DNA of 64,000 nt from Octopus sinensis. Lineage: Eukaryota. The DNA is taken from NCBI RefSeq assembly GCF_006345805.1, contig NC_043001.1:13826001-13890000 (forward strand), in the 5' to 3' direction. Position 1 is the stretch's first letter, and every line of letters starts with the position of its first letter. Position numbers and translations under genes: made by a program. The notes beneath the pieces were generated by a model. That model ran no database searches. It worked only from the letters and a program-made list of their open reading frames with translations, and was not told the origin of the DNA. This document shows positions 24,366 through 37,327 of the stretch, in pieces.

Positions 24366-26065
24366 ACAAGTTAATATAATCACACACAATCAACTACCTA
24401 ATATACCACCTGCACATTTATGTATGTATAATAGTTTAAAAAACCATGTTAACTTTACATAAATTGGACAACATGCACAGTTTTTCTATTAAGTACACAT
24501 TTCACAACGTTTCAAGCCAAATTACAAGTAATTCTGTCTATTCTCTTAAATATCAAATTTATTTTTATTTTATTCACCGTTTTGTCTTTTATTTTTCATG
24601 TTTCACGCATTAGGTGGCCGCCCTGCTGGAGCACTGCCTTGAAAAAATTTTAGTCGAATGAATTGGCCATTGTACTGTTTAGTTTTTAAACCTGGTACTT
24701 ATTTTATCGAGCACTATTGCTGAACAGCTCAGTTACAGGTCCATAAATACACCAACACCGGTTGCCAAGCATGTTGGGTGAACGTTAAGAGGAACAAAAC
24801 ATTTAGCGATAGTCCATGTGTCTTTACGTTTTGAGTTCAAATTTCGCGTACATCAATTTTGCCATTCATCACTTTGGGTCGATAAAATAAGTAATCGTTA
24901 TAAGCTGGAGTTGCATTAATCGACTTAAACTCTCCACAAAATTGCTGGTCTTGTGCAAAAAGTTTAAATCAATATTTTGTCTGCAAAAGGAAACAAATAT
25001 CCTAATATTTCACAATTTAGATTTGCTAAGGCGGGAAACCGACAGAATCCTTAGCACGCCGGACAAAATACTCAACGGCATTTCGTCTGTCATTATTTTC
25101 TGAGATCATATTCTGCCGATGTGAACTTTACCTTTCTTCCGTTCGTGATCTATCATTCAACAACTACCGTAGTTGAATATTCTTGAGGCCGCAACTTACG
25201 TACACGCAGCATCTTTCAGGGCTTTGTTGCTATTCAGTTCTAAACCAAATTGAAGTTTGTTAACATTGTTGTAGAGGGCTGGTCCCTGACTACATAGATA
25301 AATTGAGATTTGGTCCACTTGGCAAAAGTTTACACCAAAATTTATAGCAACGTTATATGTGATTAAGTAACGTCTCCACTTAATTTTTGATGTAAATAAC
25401 TTTTTTTATCTTAAAAGCAAAATATATTCATATTGGCCTCAACGATAGAAGAAAGCACGAGGAATTTCATAGTTTTGATCCCATGCAAGAAAAATTAGTA
25501 TAAAAAGTTGGGAAATAAAATATCATGAATAAATATATAAGGCAAAAAATTGGATTTAAGTATAATAAACTTTATTTAAAAAACAAACTATATTTTGAAT
25601 AAGCTTAAATGATAGAGCTCAATTCGAGGAATTTCATATTATCAATGAAATTTTAAAAGAAAATTTTAAAAGAAAAGTTAGGAGTGTTTCTCAAATTTAA
25701 TGGTACTTTTAAGATATGTCACTGGCATCATTGAGGTAAAGAAATAATTATCAACGATACCACTAATTTGTATCAAAAAAGTTGTGAGGTATCGTGAAAA
25801 AATATAAAATTGGATTTAAGTATAATTAACATTTTTTTATTTTAAAAACACACTTGTGAGGTAAAATATCATGAAAAAATATATAATTGGATTTGAGTAA
25901 AATTAACAGTATTTTATTTTTAAAACAAACTATATTCTAATTGAGCTTAAATAATAGAGCTCAATTCAAGGAATTTTATTTCTATTTCTTAATTTTATAA
26001 TGAATTAATGTTAATAAAGTGCTATTCAAAAACTAATCGTATTATTTTTTTAGATTAAAACTTTT

Positions 26066-26859
26066 GAATCTTTTCATGGGCAGCTCTATTGTTTAATTTT
26101 CTTTAACTAAACACTTTGAAACTTCGTATATTGTTAGAATTTGTCGTATGGAACATCGTCTTTTACTCGTAGCGTTATTGAGAGAAGATTCTATTTACGA
26201 AGTTATTTCGTGCTAAAGTTGTCGTATTTCGGTAATTTCAACCAGTCAATGACGTGTATTCAGCTGAATAAAATTACTACTGTTGTTTGTCAACAAATCT
26301 CGGCGGTGTATTTTTCGCTTGTCACTGTTATTTATGGCATCGTTCGTGCGTTTGTACTGGTTTTAGCTTAAAAAAATATACAATTTTCTACTTAGGGCTA
26401 AGGTTAGGGTTGGGGTTTAGGATTAAGGTTACGGAAAAAAGTAAAAAAATATTGGAGAGGTAAGGGGGGAAAATTTCAGGAAGACAGAGAAAGAAACCTA
26501 AATGCAGTAGAAATGCACGAACGATTGTGATGACACCATGAAGTAAACATACTTCAGAAACACTCGTTTACTCATACAAACGTAACTGAGCGGAAATATG
26601 TCATAAAGAACAGTGACAAACGAAATATACACCGCCGGAGGTTGTTGTTGACAAACAAGGGAAATAATTTTATTCAGCTGAATGCACGTCATTGAAATTG
26701 GTTGAAATTACCGAAATACGTCAACTTTAACAAGAAATAACTTTGGAAATATAAACTTTTCTCAACAACGCTAAGAGTAAAATATGATTTATACGACACA
26801 TTCTACCAGTATCCGAAAAAAATGAATTAATCGAGTTGCCCTTGAAAATGTAAAGATCC
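26066..26859. mobile_element. Third, older copy of the telomere-repeat fold-back transposon
   Basis: Same TIR sequence (actaaacactt...ggtaatttcaacc...gtcactgttatttatg); ttagggctaaggttagggttggggtttagg at 26392-26430; ends taaagatcc. Confidence 0.8.
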
Positions 26860-27029
26860 AAGCATTTTATTTTGATTCAATAATAATAATAATTCAATCA
26901 CAAAAGTGAAATAAATTAAAATATTATTTAGAAATTTATTATTCAATTTTCAATAACGTAAAATCTTAAATTATTTATTGACACATTATTAATTAGCATA
27001 ACATCATACCCTGGAAAAAACATGGATTA

Positions 27030-28178
27030 CATGAAAAAATGCGAGCAAGAGAAATAATATTCTTAAGATTATAGACCTGGAAAATTACAAGACAAGTTAT
27101 TGCACTTGGAAAACTTCAGGACAAGTCATTACATCTGGTAAAGTATAGAACAAGAATATTTTTACTTAAAATATTGCAGCTAAGCATAAAATTTGAATAT
27201 CAAAAATAGTTCTATTTTAATTTACAAAGTAATATAATAATTAAAAAGGTACCATCATTTTGTTAAAATGTTGACACACTAGAATACTTTAAAAAAATTG
27301 ATAGTCAATAGTACCAATGTAGCTAAAGTTTTATGCAAAATAGAATAGCATATTTTTTTGTTCCTTCACGAGGCACTCCTGGGTCATAGGGCCGGTTTCC
27401 CGGTTTCTTTGGCATATAGGTTCCTCACTGGACGGGACTCCGGTCTGTCGCAAGTGAGCTGTAAGATGCAGGAGGAAAGAATGAGAGAAAGTTGTGGCGA
27501 AAGAGTCAGCAGAAGTTCGCCATCACCTTCTGCCTGAGCCGCGTTGGGGTTTAGGTGTTTCGCTCATAAATACACACATCGCCCGGTCTGAGATTCGAAG
27601 CCGCGATCCCTCGACCGCGAGTCCGCTGCGCTAACCACTAGGGCCATGTGCCTCCACAGAATAGCATATATGATAGGCATTGGGTTAAGACTAAAAATGT
27701 GAAGACGTAGCAATAACTCAAGCAAATTGTACTGTGAATTTATTGTTATAATTAGATTTTACTGTAATATATAACTAATTTTTGCATTATTCTATTTATT
27801 GAACTAAATATTTACTGTTATTTTTATAACCTATTTTCAAATTTCTAATTAATAATTTTTAAGAATGAATTTTTTTTTAAAGTGCAAAAAATATTTCGAG
27901 TTATTTTTAATTTTTAATTGAAGTAACAAGTAATAAAAAATAGTAATTATTTGCAATAAAAATTTTTGCTTCAATAAAAGTTCATATTTTCTCAATCTAT
28001 ATATTTTATTTGAAATATCATCCTTAGCTGTAATATTTAAAGTAAAAAGTTTCATGTTCCGTACTTTACTAGATGTAATAACTTGTCCTGAACTTTTCCA
28101 AGTGTAATAAATTGTCCTGTATTTTTCCAGGTTTATAATCTTAAGAATATCATATTTGCTCTTGCTTGCATTTTTCCA
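27030..28178. mobile_element. Old AT-rich fold-back element with ~170-bp sub-repeated TIRs, interrupted by a SINE
   Basis: 27030-27200 is the approximate reverse complement of 28010-28178; SINE C variant at 27355-27657 (-) with TSD agaatagcatat. Confidence 0.65.
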
Positions 28179-31100
28179 TTATTAACGTACGTCCCTTTTG
28201 AGTGCTGGCGTTGAGGTGAAATACGCCTTCCCCGGAGATTCTGGCCGTGTGCCAAAATTTGAAACCAATATTTGCTAAGGTGGTAAGTCGGCAAAATCGT
28301 AAACACATCGGACAAAAAATGTTTACTGGCATTTTTTTTTAATCATTACGTTCTGGTTTCAAGATCGCGCCATGATCAAAATTAACCTTCCATCTTTTCG
28401 GGTCAATAAATCACCAATACTATTGAGGCCACACTGTTATCGACTAATCCTGCCTCCACTAAAAATTAGTAGCCTTGTTCCAAAATTGGAAAATACAACT
28501 CTGAAATCTTACATTAAGTTAATGGTTTCAAAGTTTAGTGAAACGTCAGCAATTTCAGCGAGAAAGAGTAACTTCGTTACATCAACTCCAGTACAAGACA
28601 ATTGTTTTATTTTACCGACGTCATAAAATTGACGGAAGGCAATGTCGACCTTGGCGGCATTTTTACAAGGAATGTAAAGCCGTGAAAATGCCGTTAAACA
28701 TTTTGTCTGGGTGTGATCGAGTCTGCCAGTTCACCGTCTCACGTCAAATTAATAATCCTGTTTATTATAGACAAAAGGCCTGAAATTTTGGAGGAAGGTC
28801 CTAGTCGATTCCAAAAACCCCAGCGCTCAACTGCTACATATTTCATGGATCCCGAGAAGATAAAAGACAAGATCGACCTGGGAAGAATTAGAACTCAGAA
28901 CGTGAAGACGGACGAAATACCGATAAGTATTCTGACCAGTGTGCTAACGATTCAGCCAGTTTTTAGCCTTCATCAACTTGATAATCCTTTCTACTCTACG
29001 CACAAGACCTGAAATTTTGGGGGAGCGTTGTAGTCTACTACGAACCCCAGGATGCATCCAGTAGTCATTCGACCCTGAAAGAATGAAAGTTGACCTTATA
29101 TTTTTATAATGAGACGAGTTTTCAATTATTTCTTTGAGAGATATTAATTCTTTTATGCCCTCTCCTACTAGTTGTTGTTCCTATGTTAATTACTCTCTTA
29201 TCCATAAGGCTTCCTTGTGGCCATTATTCTGTTATTTTGTTCATGTGGCGAGCTGGTAGAACCGTTAACACGCCGGCGAAATGCTTAGCTGTGTTTCGTC
29301 TGCCGTTACGTTCTGAGTTCAAATTCCGCGCAGTTCGACTTTGCCTTTCATCCTTTCGGGGTCGATAAATTAAGTACCAGTTACACACTGGGGTCTCAAT
29401 GTAATCGACTTAATCTGTTTGTCTGTCCTTGTTTGTCTCCTATGTTTAGCTCCATGTGGGCAATAAAGAAATAAGAAACGTTAGCACGCCAGACGAAATG
29501 CTTAGCGGCATTTAGTTCGTCTTTACGCTCTGAATTCAAATTCCGCCGAGGTCGACTTAGCCTTTCATCTTTTCGGCATCGATAAATTAAGCACAAGTTA
29601 CGTAGTGGTGTCGATCTAATCGACTGACCCAACTCCCACATAATTTTGGGTCTTGTGCCTAGAGTTTAAACGATTATTTTGTTAAGGCGGTGAGCTTGCA
29701 GAATCATTAGCACACCGGACGAAATTCTTAAGGATATTTCGTCTGAGTTGAAATTCCACTGTGGTCGGCTTTGCATTTCATCCTTTAGGGTCGATTAAAT
29801 TTGTACCAGTTAGACACTGGGGTCGATGTAATTGACTAGTCTTCTCCCCACAAGCTGGAGGCCTTGTACCTCCAGTAGAAAGGATTATTCTACGATTTTG
29901 CTATTTTCCGAGTGCGGAACTATTTTGGTACTTCTGTTATGTGCTTTTTCACTAGTGTACATCATGTCGTTAAGGGTATTCGTATTACAATTGTAAGGTC
30001 GTGAGTTCAATTCCCGGCGACGCGTTGTGTCCTTCAGCAAAAAAACTTTATTTCCCTTTACTCCAGTGCACTCACCTGGCAAAAATGAGCTGTACCTGTC
30101 ATTCGAAGGAAAAGGCTTGTCGCATTGTGCCAGGTTCTTCCCAAGAACTGCATTAACAATACGTTAATTTCACGAGTAGGCTGTCCCGTGCATCAGACCG
30201 ACCGACTGGAACACTCATAGTTGCAAGTAACGGGGAACCAGTTTAGTATGCCCTTTACAGCAAATGGTATGTGTTCAGTGATCCAAGACTTACGTGTTGA
30301 TTCTATTAGATTTGGAAATATATATTTAATCATTTCTTTCCAGAGCACCAATGAATTGTACCGTGATCAGCATTTATTTCTATCGTACGGTTAATTTAAT
30401 AATAATGAAATTTACTATATCAACTTTATTGCACGTTCTGTAATGATGTTTAGTAAAAAATAAATATTTCCCCCTAAATCTTACTGTTAGTGTCGTAAAA
30501 GTGTTGAATCGTACTAGCATGTTTAATATTCCTTTCTAGTCTAGGCACAAGGCCCGAAATTTTGGGGGAGGAACCAGTCGATTAGATCGACCACTGTGCG
30601 CAACTGGTACTTAATTTATCGACCCCGAAAGGATGAATGGCAAAATCGACCTCGGCGGAATTTGAACTCAGAACGTAAAGACAGACGAAAGACCGCCAAG
30701 CATTTTGCCCGGCGTGCTAACGTTTCTTATTTCTTTACTACTCACAAGAGGCTAAACATAGAGGGGACAAACAAGGGCAGACAAAGGAATTAAGTCGATT
30801 ACATCAACCCCAGTGCGTAACTGGTACTTAATTTATCGACCCCGAAAGGACGAAAGGCAAAGTCGACCTCGGCTAAATTTGAACTCAGAACGTAACGGTA
30901 GACGAAATACGGCTACGCATTTCTCCCGGCGTGCTAACGTTTCTGCCAGCTCGCCACCTCTGTATGTTTAATATTTAACATATTTGGAAATATTATAACC
31001 TTGATCATTGTCTTAGAGTGATCGAGGATATAATGATCATTATTATTATGATAATTATACCCTTCCATACTTTATTCCGTACGCAACTTCATCGTATCAT

Positions 31101-33780
31101 ATAATTCGGCTTTGTCCAAAGTTATTTTGGAAAATTCCACGACTATCAAACTAAGGAATCCAAATAAATTTTTCGAAGTAATTCAATGTAATTCGCCATC
31201 ACTTCTTATGATTTCAATAAATTATGACGCTTGGCTAATATCGTTAATACACCATTTGATTAATCTGTCGAACCAATTGTCTTATCACTATGTGATTACT
31301 AACGCATTTCTATTTTTGTACAGGAATTAATTCTGCCATAAAACTAATTGGTACCTTGTTCGATTTGAACTCAAATGATTTGAACCTACATTGTTATTTA
31401 GAAATCTTTTTAAACAAACTAAACATTTCTTTTATTCTAAACAATCAATGTATTATAAAGTCATTATAAAATCTGTCCATTAATGATGTACATTGTTCAT
31501 TTTATTGGAAGCTATTTTATTCAGTAGATATTAACGCTAAGTAGCTTATGTCCGCTTAATTGGAAATGCCATTAAAGTATAATACTTACTGAATGATTTT
31601 ATAATATATCTATTGTAGTAGATTGATTGTTTTAGCGAGAATAGTTTAAACAAGCAATAATTTATGAGAAAGATTTGTTTTTTTAAATAATTTTCCATCT
31701 CAAGTCAATCCTAATTGAGCAGACATATAACAAGAGTTCGATCATGCTTTTTAATAACGTCTTCTTAATGAGAACCGAGGACTATTTAGGGATATTTTCG
31801 GTTTGAACGGCAGTTTTTAACATAATTTCTAGGTAACTAATGTCATCTATTTTGAAGCTTCCTGTCACAAATATTCATTTGAGTTATGCAATTATCTTAC
31901 AAGTTTATAGTCAAATTTATTCTCCATTTCTACAATTTGTCCATATGCAAAAATATTATTGTGCATAATTAAAACTGTCATATGCTCTTCGGCGCTCATT
32001 TTATTTAAAAGTGATTTAAAATGTTCTGCAATGACGAAAGACAACGGCATTTAGGATAATCGCAATTGAATCTGGCGGAATATATTAAATTGAATAAGTA
32101 TGTTATCGTTCTGATTCCTGCTGGTTCTTGTCCACATGGCGATATATAATCACTTGGCAGATATCATCATTCCTCTGCAAATACTTTGTTTACTAAATTT
32201 AAAAAGAATAGCCAACAGCTCTTATTAGATTCGTTTGTCCGACACAGCTTTAACTGACGATGCACAACAAGGTCGAAACGCCGAATGTTTCAAAGCCCCT
32301 TTACAGTAATGAATCAAGCGTCTTATGAACAGACATTGTCATTGGCGAAAATGTTCTCCAACGACGAAAACCAAGAGTAACGCAGTAACAAGCATATTCA
32401 TATTTGAATCTACAGAAACGCATTAAGATTGGATATGTATACTATTTCTTTGATTCCCGTTGTCCACCGTAAATAGCACAATGTATTTGATTTCCAAATA
32501 CGACATGTCTCGTTATACGCAGTGTCAACATTTTCCAATAAATCTGTATCAAAATGGCTAAACTTTGACTTCATAATAAAATGCTTTATAAAACTATATA
32601 AAAGATTTTCATGCGGCAAAAGGAAAATTGATAAATTTCCCCGAAAATGGCTGTCATATTTTTTATATTGTAATTTGATGAATGACATTTCAAAAGATAG
32701 CACAGATCTCTGAATTGCGTTATATTAAGCTGATTTGATCTCATGACCCCTAAAATGCCTGCTAAAGGAGAAGTCTTGTTGGACATATATTTTATATTGA
32801 AAATACAGAGATGAAAATTTAATCTATTTTGTTTAAAAGATTTCATAGATGGAACCCGATATCTTACGAAACTGGAGAAGACATCCTCGATTTTTCAACG
32901 CTACACAATATACCGATGCTTACTTCATTAATCGGTCAAAGTTGAATAAAAGGTTGAACCAGATTCTCTAAGTTTTGATTTTGTAACACATTTCAGTGAA
33001 TTAGGCGATGTAAACAAGTCTGAAGCAATTACTGCACTTCGATAAAATATTGTAGTTTTGATCTCTGAAATCAATTTTTCGCTAAATTTAGATTTCAGGT
33101 CATAGAGTGCATCATCTGAAAAATTTAGAAGCTAAAACATAATTTTTATAATGAACAGTTTTTAGTGAAATATTGATCTCATATAAAAATCAGAAGTATG
33201 ACGGGAAATTTATTTTAAAGTACTCGAAAACAAAATGAGTTTTACATTAATTGCATATATGACTAAATATTACGGTTTAATGCATATATGAATAAATGTT
33301 ACGGATTAATGCAGTACACACTTGTAATCTACTTTCTAATTAGACTATTTGCATAAGAATAAGCTGCTTATTTCAAAAGATACAGTAATCTTCGTAAAAT
33401 TATACAGAGATCTTCAGTTCAGTTCATTAGTCTCATAAGTAGTAAATTTCGTTCTAACTGTATTTTGAAAGCTCATCTAACTGGTAGAGAAAGTTACAGA
33501 ATAAAGTTATTGAAATTTTTGGTTTTGTCTTTGTCTCTTAAAAATCATTTGGAGTTAGCATGGGCAAAGAAGCAAGGTGTTTGCTGGTTTGATAATGAAA
33601 GATTAAGAGATGCAGTTGTTAAGACACACTTTATATCTTATTTCATTTTTCTTTATTGCCCACAAGGGGCTAAACATAGAGGGGACAAACAAGGACAGAC
33701 ATCCGAAAGGATGACAGGCAAAGTCGACCCCGGCGGAATTTGTACTCAAAACGTAAGCACAGACGAAATACCGCTAAGCA

Positions 33781-33821
<41 letters not shown>

Positions 33822-33968
33822 AAAAGCAATAAAGATTCAAGTTAATTTAAATGAATTTACTTGAATATGGTACCTAACTTAGATGCACCAAAAAAAACTA
33901 TACGGTTTTAACAATACAGTAATGTGGGGTGATTATAAGCGAGAAAGAAGCAACAAGAATGGATAGGT

Positions 33969-34059
33969 TTTTAGTACAATCGTTTCATACAAGGACAGGC
34001 TTTATTAAAAGTTGCAAAGATTGCAGCATATAAACGTGTCCCGTACTCATCAGCTAAAA
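33969..34059 (-). ncRNA. Type I hammerhead ribozyme in the sense pLTR
   Basis: ttttag-CTGATGA-gtacgggaca...tgtccttgtat-GAAAC-gatt-GTA-ctaaaa. Confidence 0.8.
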
Positions 34060-34210
34060 TACATGTGAGTTCTCTAGACATCCTAGTGGTTGAGGCTATA
34101 CTCATGAAGTAATGTAGATAATTCAGTAACATAAACAGATTTCCAAAGTTCATTAAAGTTCTTTAAAGATGATGTACAGTCTTATCACAGAATTTTAAAA
34201 AAGTTATAAT

Positions 34211-34501
34211 AGCATCACAGAGAAGGTGACTTAATCCATAGTGTACATATGAATTTCCAGAGATATGAGGAGGGATTACATACTCACAGACGACAAATTT
34301 ATCCATTGTTAATCACAACGAGGTGGGTCTCAATTCCTGCTTATTAGCATTACAGAGAGGGTGAATGAATCCTTTGTATAGATGCACAATTTCCAATAGT
34401 GTAGATGTAAATTTCCAGAGAAATGAAGAGGAATTTCATATTCACAGGCGATAAATTTATCAATGGTTGAACACAATGAGGTAGGTATCAATTCTTGCTA
34501 T
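34211..34501. repeat. Two diverged ~140-bp direct repeats inside the PLE 3' region
   Basis: agcat.acagaga.ggtga...atttccagaga.atga...caattc.tgct occurs at 34211-34345 and 34346-34501. Confidence 0.75.
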
Positions 34502-35526
34502 ATGATTAGGTATTTGCCACATTAATCACATTACTGATATTTTCAAGAGACTGTAGCTATTTAACTTTTAAAGGCTGAAGGGCTTTCTAGAGAGGCAAAG
34601 AACAGAAAAGGGAAGGAAAGAGAAGAAAAGAGAGAAAATAAAGGAGGAGGGAGCAAAAGGGGGGGACTAAAAGAGAAGAGAAAAGGAAAAAGAAAAAAAG
34701 AAAAAGAGAATAAGAAGAAGAAAAAGAAAAAAGAGAAAAGAGAAAGAAGGGAAAAAAAGAAGAAAAAGAAAAAAAAGAAAAAAGAGGGTTCTAGTTATAC
34801 AGAACAATTAGTAGACGGCAAGTCTGGTTTTAATTTACAGGCATCTAGGAACTAGAGGAGAATATTATTCTTTGACCAGTAAAACAGCTAATTTATTGCT
34901 GTTGAAAGCAGCTATGAATTTAAAGAGAATCTAAAGAGATAACACGGTCAGGGGTTTAGGGGTCAAAGGCTAAAATCAAAAGAAAATACATTAGGAAAAT
35001 CTAAGTATAATCTTATCAAAAAGTCATTAAAATTTATTTATTTAATTTATTCATTTTACTGTCTTAAGGAGTTGCCGTTATTATTCATACATTGACGGAT
35101 TACAGGTCAAATCTTAGAAGATCATTTACAAGGTGTTAGGGAATTGTCTATCATAATTACGATAATCATATTATCACCGAGGGAGTAGCCTTATTTATTT
35201 AATTTTGAAATAGAATTATGGGGCTTTAGTAACTCATTTTATTTTATTAAAGTTATGCTACTTAAATTAGATTAAGTTAAGAATTAAAATTAAAAATTAA
35301 AATTAAGACTTAAAATTAAGATTTAAAATTATGAGTTTGAAATTAAATAAAGCCTCAATTAAGCAGCGTATAAGTACTATTCATTTCCCTGTTCTCAAAA
35401 AACTGAAGCAGATATAAGGAAAAAGATAACTGTATTGTGAGAACTCTTAGTTATCTACTTAAAGCAGTGCTATACTAGTAAAGATCAAGTTATATCTATC
35501 TATCTATCTAGTTACGAATATTCTAA

Positions 35527-36429
35527 TCATTTAAAATATTTTAAAGTCTTCAATTTAGCGTGGACACAAACTTGACCTAGTTCGATATGGTTATTCAATA
35601 AGTTTCTATGTTTTCTATGCTTTAGAATTTCATACGTCTCCATGGAGCATAGTTGGCAACCAACCCTGCTATTTTTATACGGAATTGCTCTCCTAACTAT
35701 TTCCCAATTAAGGTTATAATTATTATTATTATTTTTGAGTTCCCAGATTTTGTTTGAAAGTGTGGTGGTACCAGCTTTATGACGTAATTTAAAAGACGAG
35801 ATGTGATTTCTAACTCTGGCTAGAAAATTAATTGTACATCCAATGTAAAAATATTTGTTATTCTCCGTGGATATGGTACATTTATAGATTACATTATTTT
35901 CCCCGCATAGACCAGGTGCCGGGCATTTTGATTTTATTCTACACTTACACACAGGAGGAACAACTTCAGGTTTTGGATTATTCTTGGGTAGATGTCTTAG
36001 GTTCCTATTATTTTGATTATCATGAGTATAATTGTCCTTATTGTTATTAATATTTCTATAGTTGGTGCTGATATCTAAAGTATTGCTATTATTTATTGAT
36101 CCTTCTGTTTCATGTTTTAGGTCTAAAGTCCTACCGTGATTTCTTATATTATTGGTAATGTTACTATTATTATTAGTCTTTTTATCCGACTGTATATTGT
36201 TGTTATAGATATCACTGATATTTTCATTCTCCTTATTTTCTCCATTAGCCTTATTTCTATTATTTCTATTATTAACATTATTACTTCTATTAATATCGGT
36301 ATTGTTATTATTACTATTAATGTTAATGTTATTAGTCATTCTGTGGTTACTAATTTCACCCATGTTTTGATAGTTACTATTGCTGTTTTTATTGTTGGTA
36401 GTATTATTATAATTGCTATTGGTATTCAT
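35527..36429 (-). CDS. PLE GIY-YIG endonuclease domain preceded by a ~150-aa Asn-rich linker
   Basis: CKCRIKSKCPAPGLC...VIYKC...YIGCT..F..R..NH.SSF...T.LSNKIW.LK...W.I...A.PY...CQLC..E...I, the Cys-rich GIY-YIG signature of Penelope-like (Naiad/Neptune-type) elements; 300 codons without a stop. Confidence 0.9.
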   Translation of the reverse strand: MNTNSNYNNTTNNKNSNSNYQNMGEISNHRMTNNININSNNNNTDINRSNNVNNRNNRNKANGENKENENISDIYNNNIQSDKKTNNNSNITNNIRNHGRTLDLKHETEGSINNSNTLDISTNYRNINNNKDNYTHDNQNNRNLRHLPKNNPKPEVVPPVCKCRIKSKCPAPGLCGENNVIYKCTISTENNKYFYIGCTINFLARVRNHISSFKLRHKAGTTTLSNKIWELKNNNNNYNLNWEIVRRAIPYKNSRVGCQLCSMETYEILKHRKHRNLLNNHIELGQVCVHAKLKTLKYFK

Positions 36430-36564
36430 GCTGATATTATTATTTTTATTTCTATCTTTCCTGAACTTTAATGAACTTTGGAAATCTGTTTATGTTACTG
36501 AATTATCTACATTACTTCATGAGTATAGCCTCAACCACTAGGATGTCTAGAGAACTCACATGTA

Positions 36565-36655
36565 TTTTAGCTGATGAGTACGGGACACGTTTATATGCTG
36601 CAATTTTTGCAACTTTTAATAAAGCCTGTCCTTGTATGAAACGATTGTACTAAAA
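36565..36655 (+). ncRNA. Type I hammerhead ribozyme in the inverted pLTR
   Basis: CTGATGA at 36571-36577, GAAAC at 36638-36642, GTA at 36647-36649, stem I ttttag/ctaaaa. Confidence 0.8.
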
Positions 36656-37249
36656 ACCTATCCATTCTTGTTGCTTCTTTCTCGCTTATATATATATATA
36701 TATATATATACATTCTTTTATATCCACTTCCACCACTACGTTATAGAAGTTAGAAAATTATTTATGAATATCACAATGGTTTTCTACCTCTTGTATCCAT
36801 CACCTGATTTTCAATTCATATTGTAATTTTTTAATACCTAAAATAGTTAACATTAAAATATAGAAATTCTTATGAATTTACCACAGCAAGTATTTTCTTT
36901 CTCGGTTCTGTAACATTAACAAATATTCTTATTTTTTTAGTCCTTCCTCTTAGACTTATTTCACACAAACGAATGTAATCATTTTTAACTAATAATAAAT
37001 CTTTTCCCCCATTATATTCACCTAAAGATTACTCCCTCACAACCCTAATTTTTTTTGTCATTTGAATTTCAAGTAACTTATATAAAATTATACTAACTAC
37101 TTGTATTTCTCATTCAAGGAATTTTTTTCAACAATTTCTTTTTAATATACACCATAATTTATTGTCGTTATTTTCATTGTATACCACTCATAACTGTCAA
37201 ATCATATCTAAATTTAAATACAGCTATGCTGTCCCATTGGACGCTTATG

Positions 37250-37327
<78 letters not shown>

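Larger units (their letters stand above)
33819..36689 (-). mobile_element. Penelope-like retroelement lacking RT, with inverted pseudo-LTRs and 3' tail, inserted in (TA)n
   Basis: 33935-34161 is nearly identical in reverse complement to 36463-36689; a hammerhead lies in each; GIY-YIG ORF inside; (TA)n on both sides. Confidence 0.9.

Noticed and set aside
32250-32292. CTGACGA...GAAAC hammerhead-like motif
   Set aside because: Stems I and II do not pair convincingly and there is no PLE context
31820-33130. Possible decayed coding region (IVYISNLNAF, CDYPKC motifs reminiscent of CBP/p300)
   Set aside because: Matches are too short, frames are full of stops and domain order is unsupported; needs BLASTx
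33971-34153. Identical 60-aa ORFs at 33971-34153 (-) and 36471-36653 (+)
   Set aside because: Consequence of the inverted pLTR; overlaps the ribozyme and has no protein features
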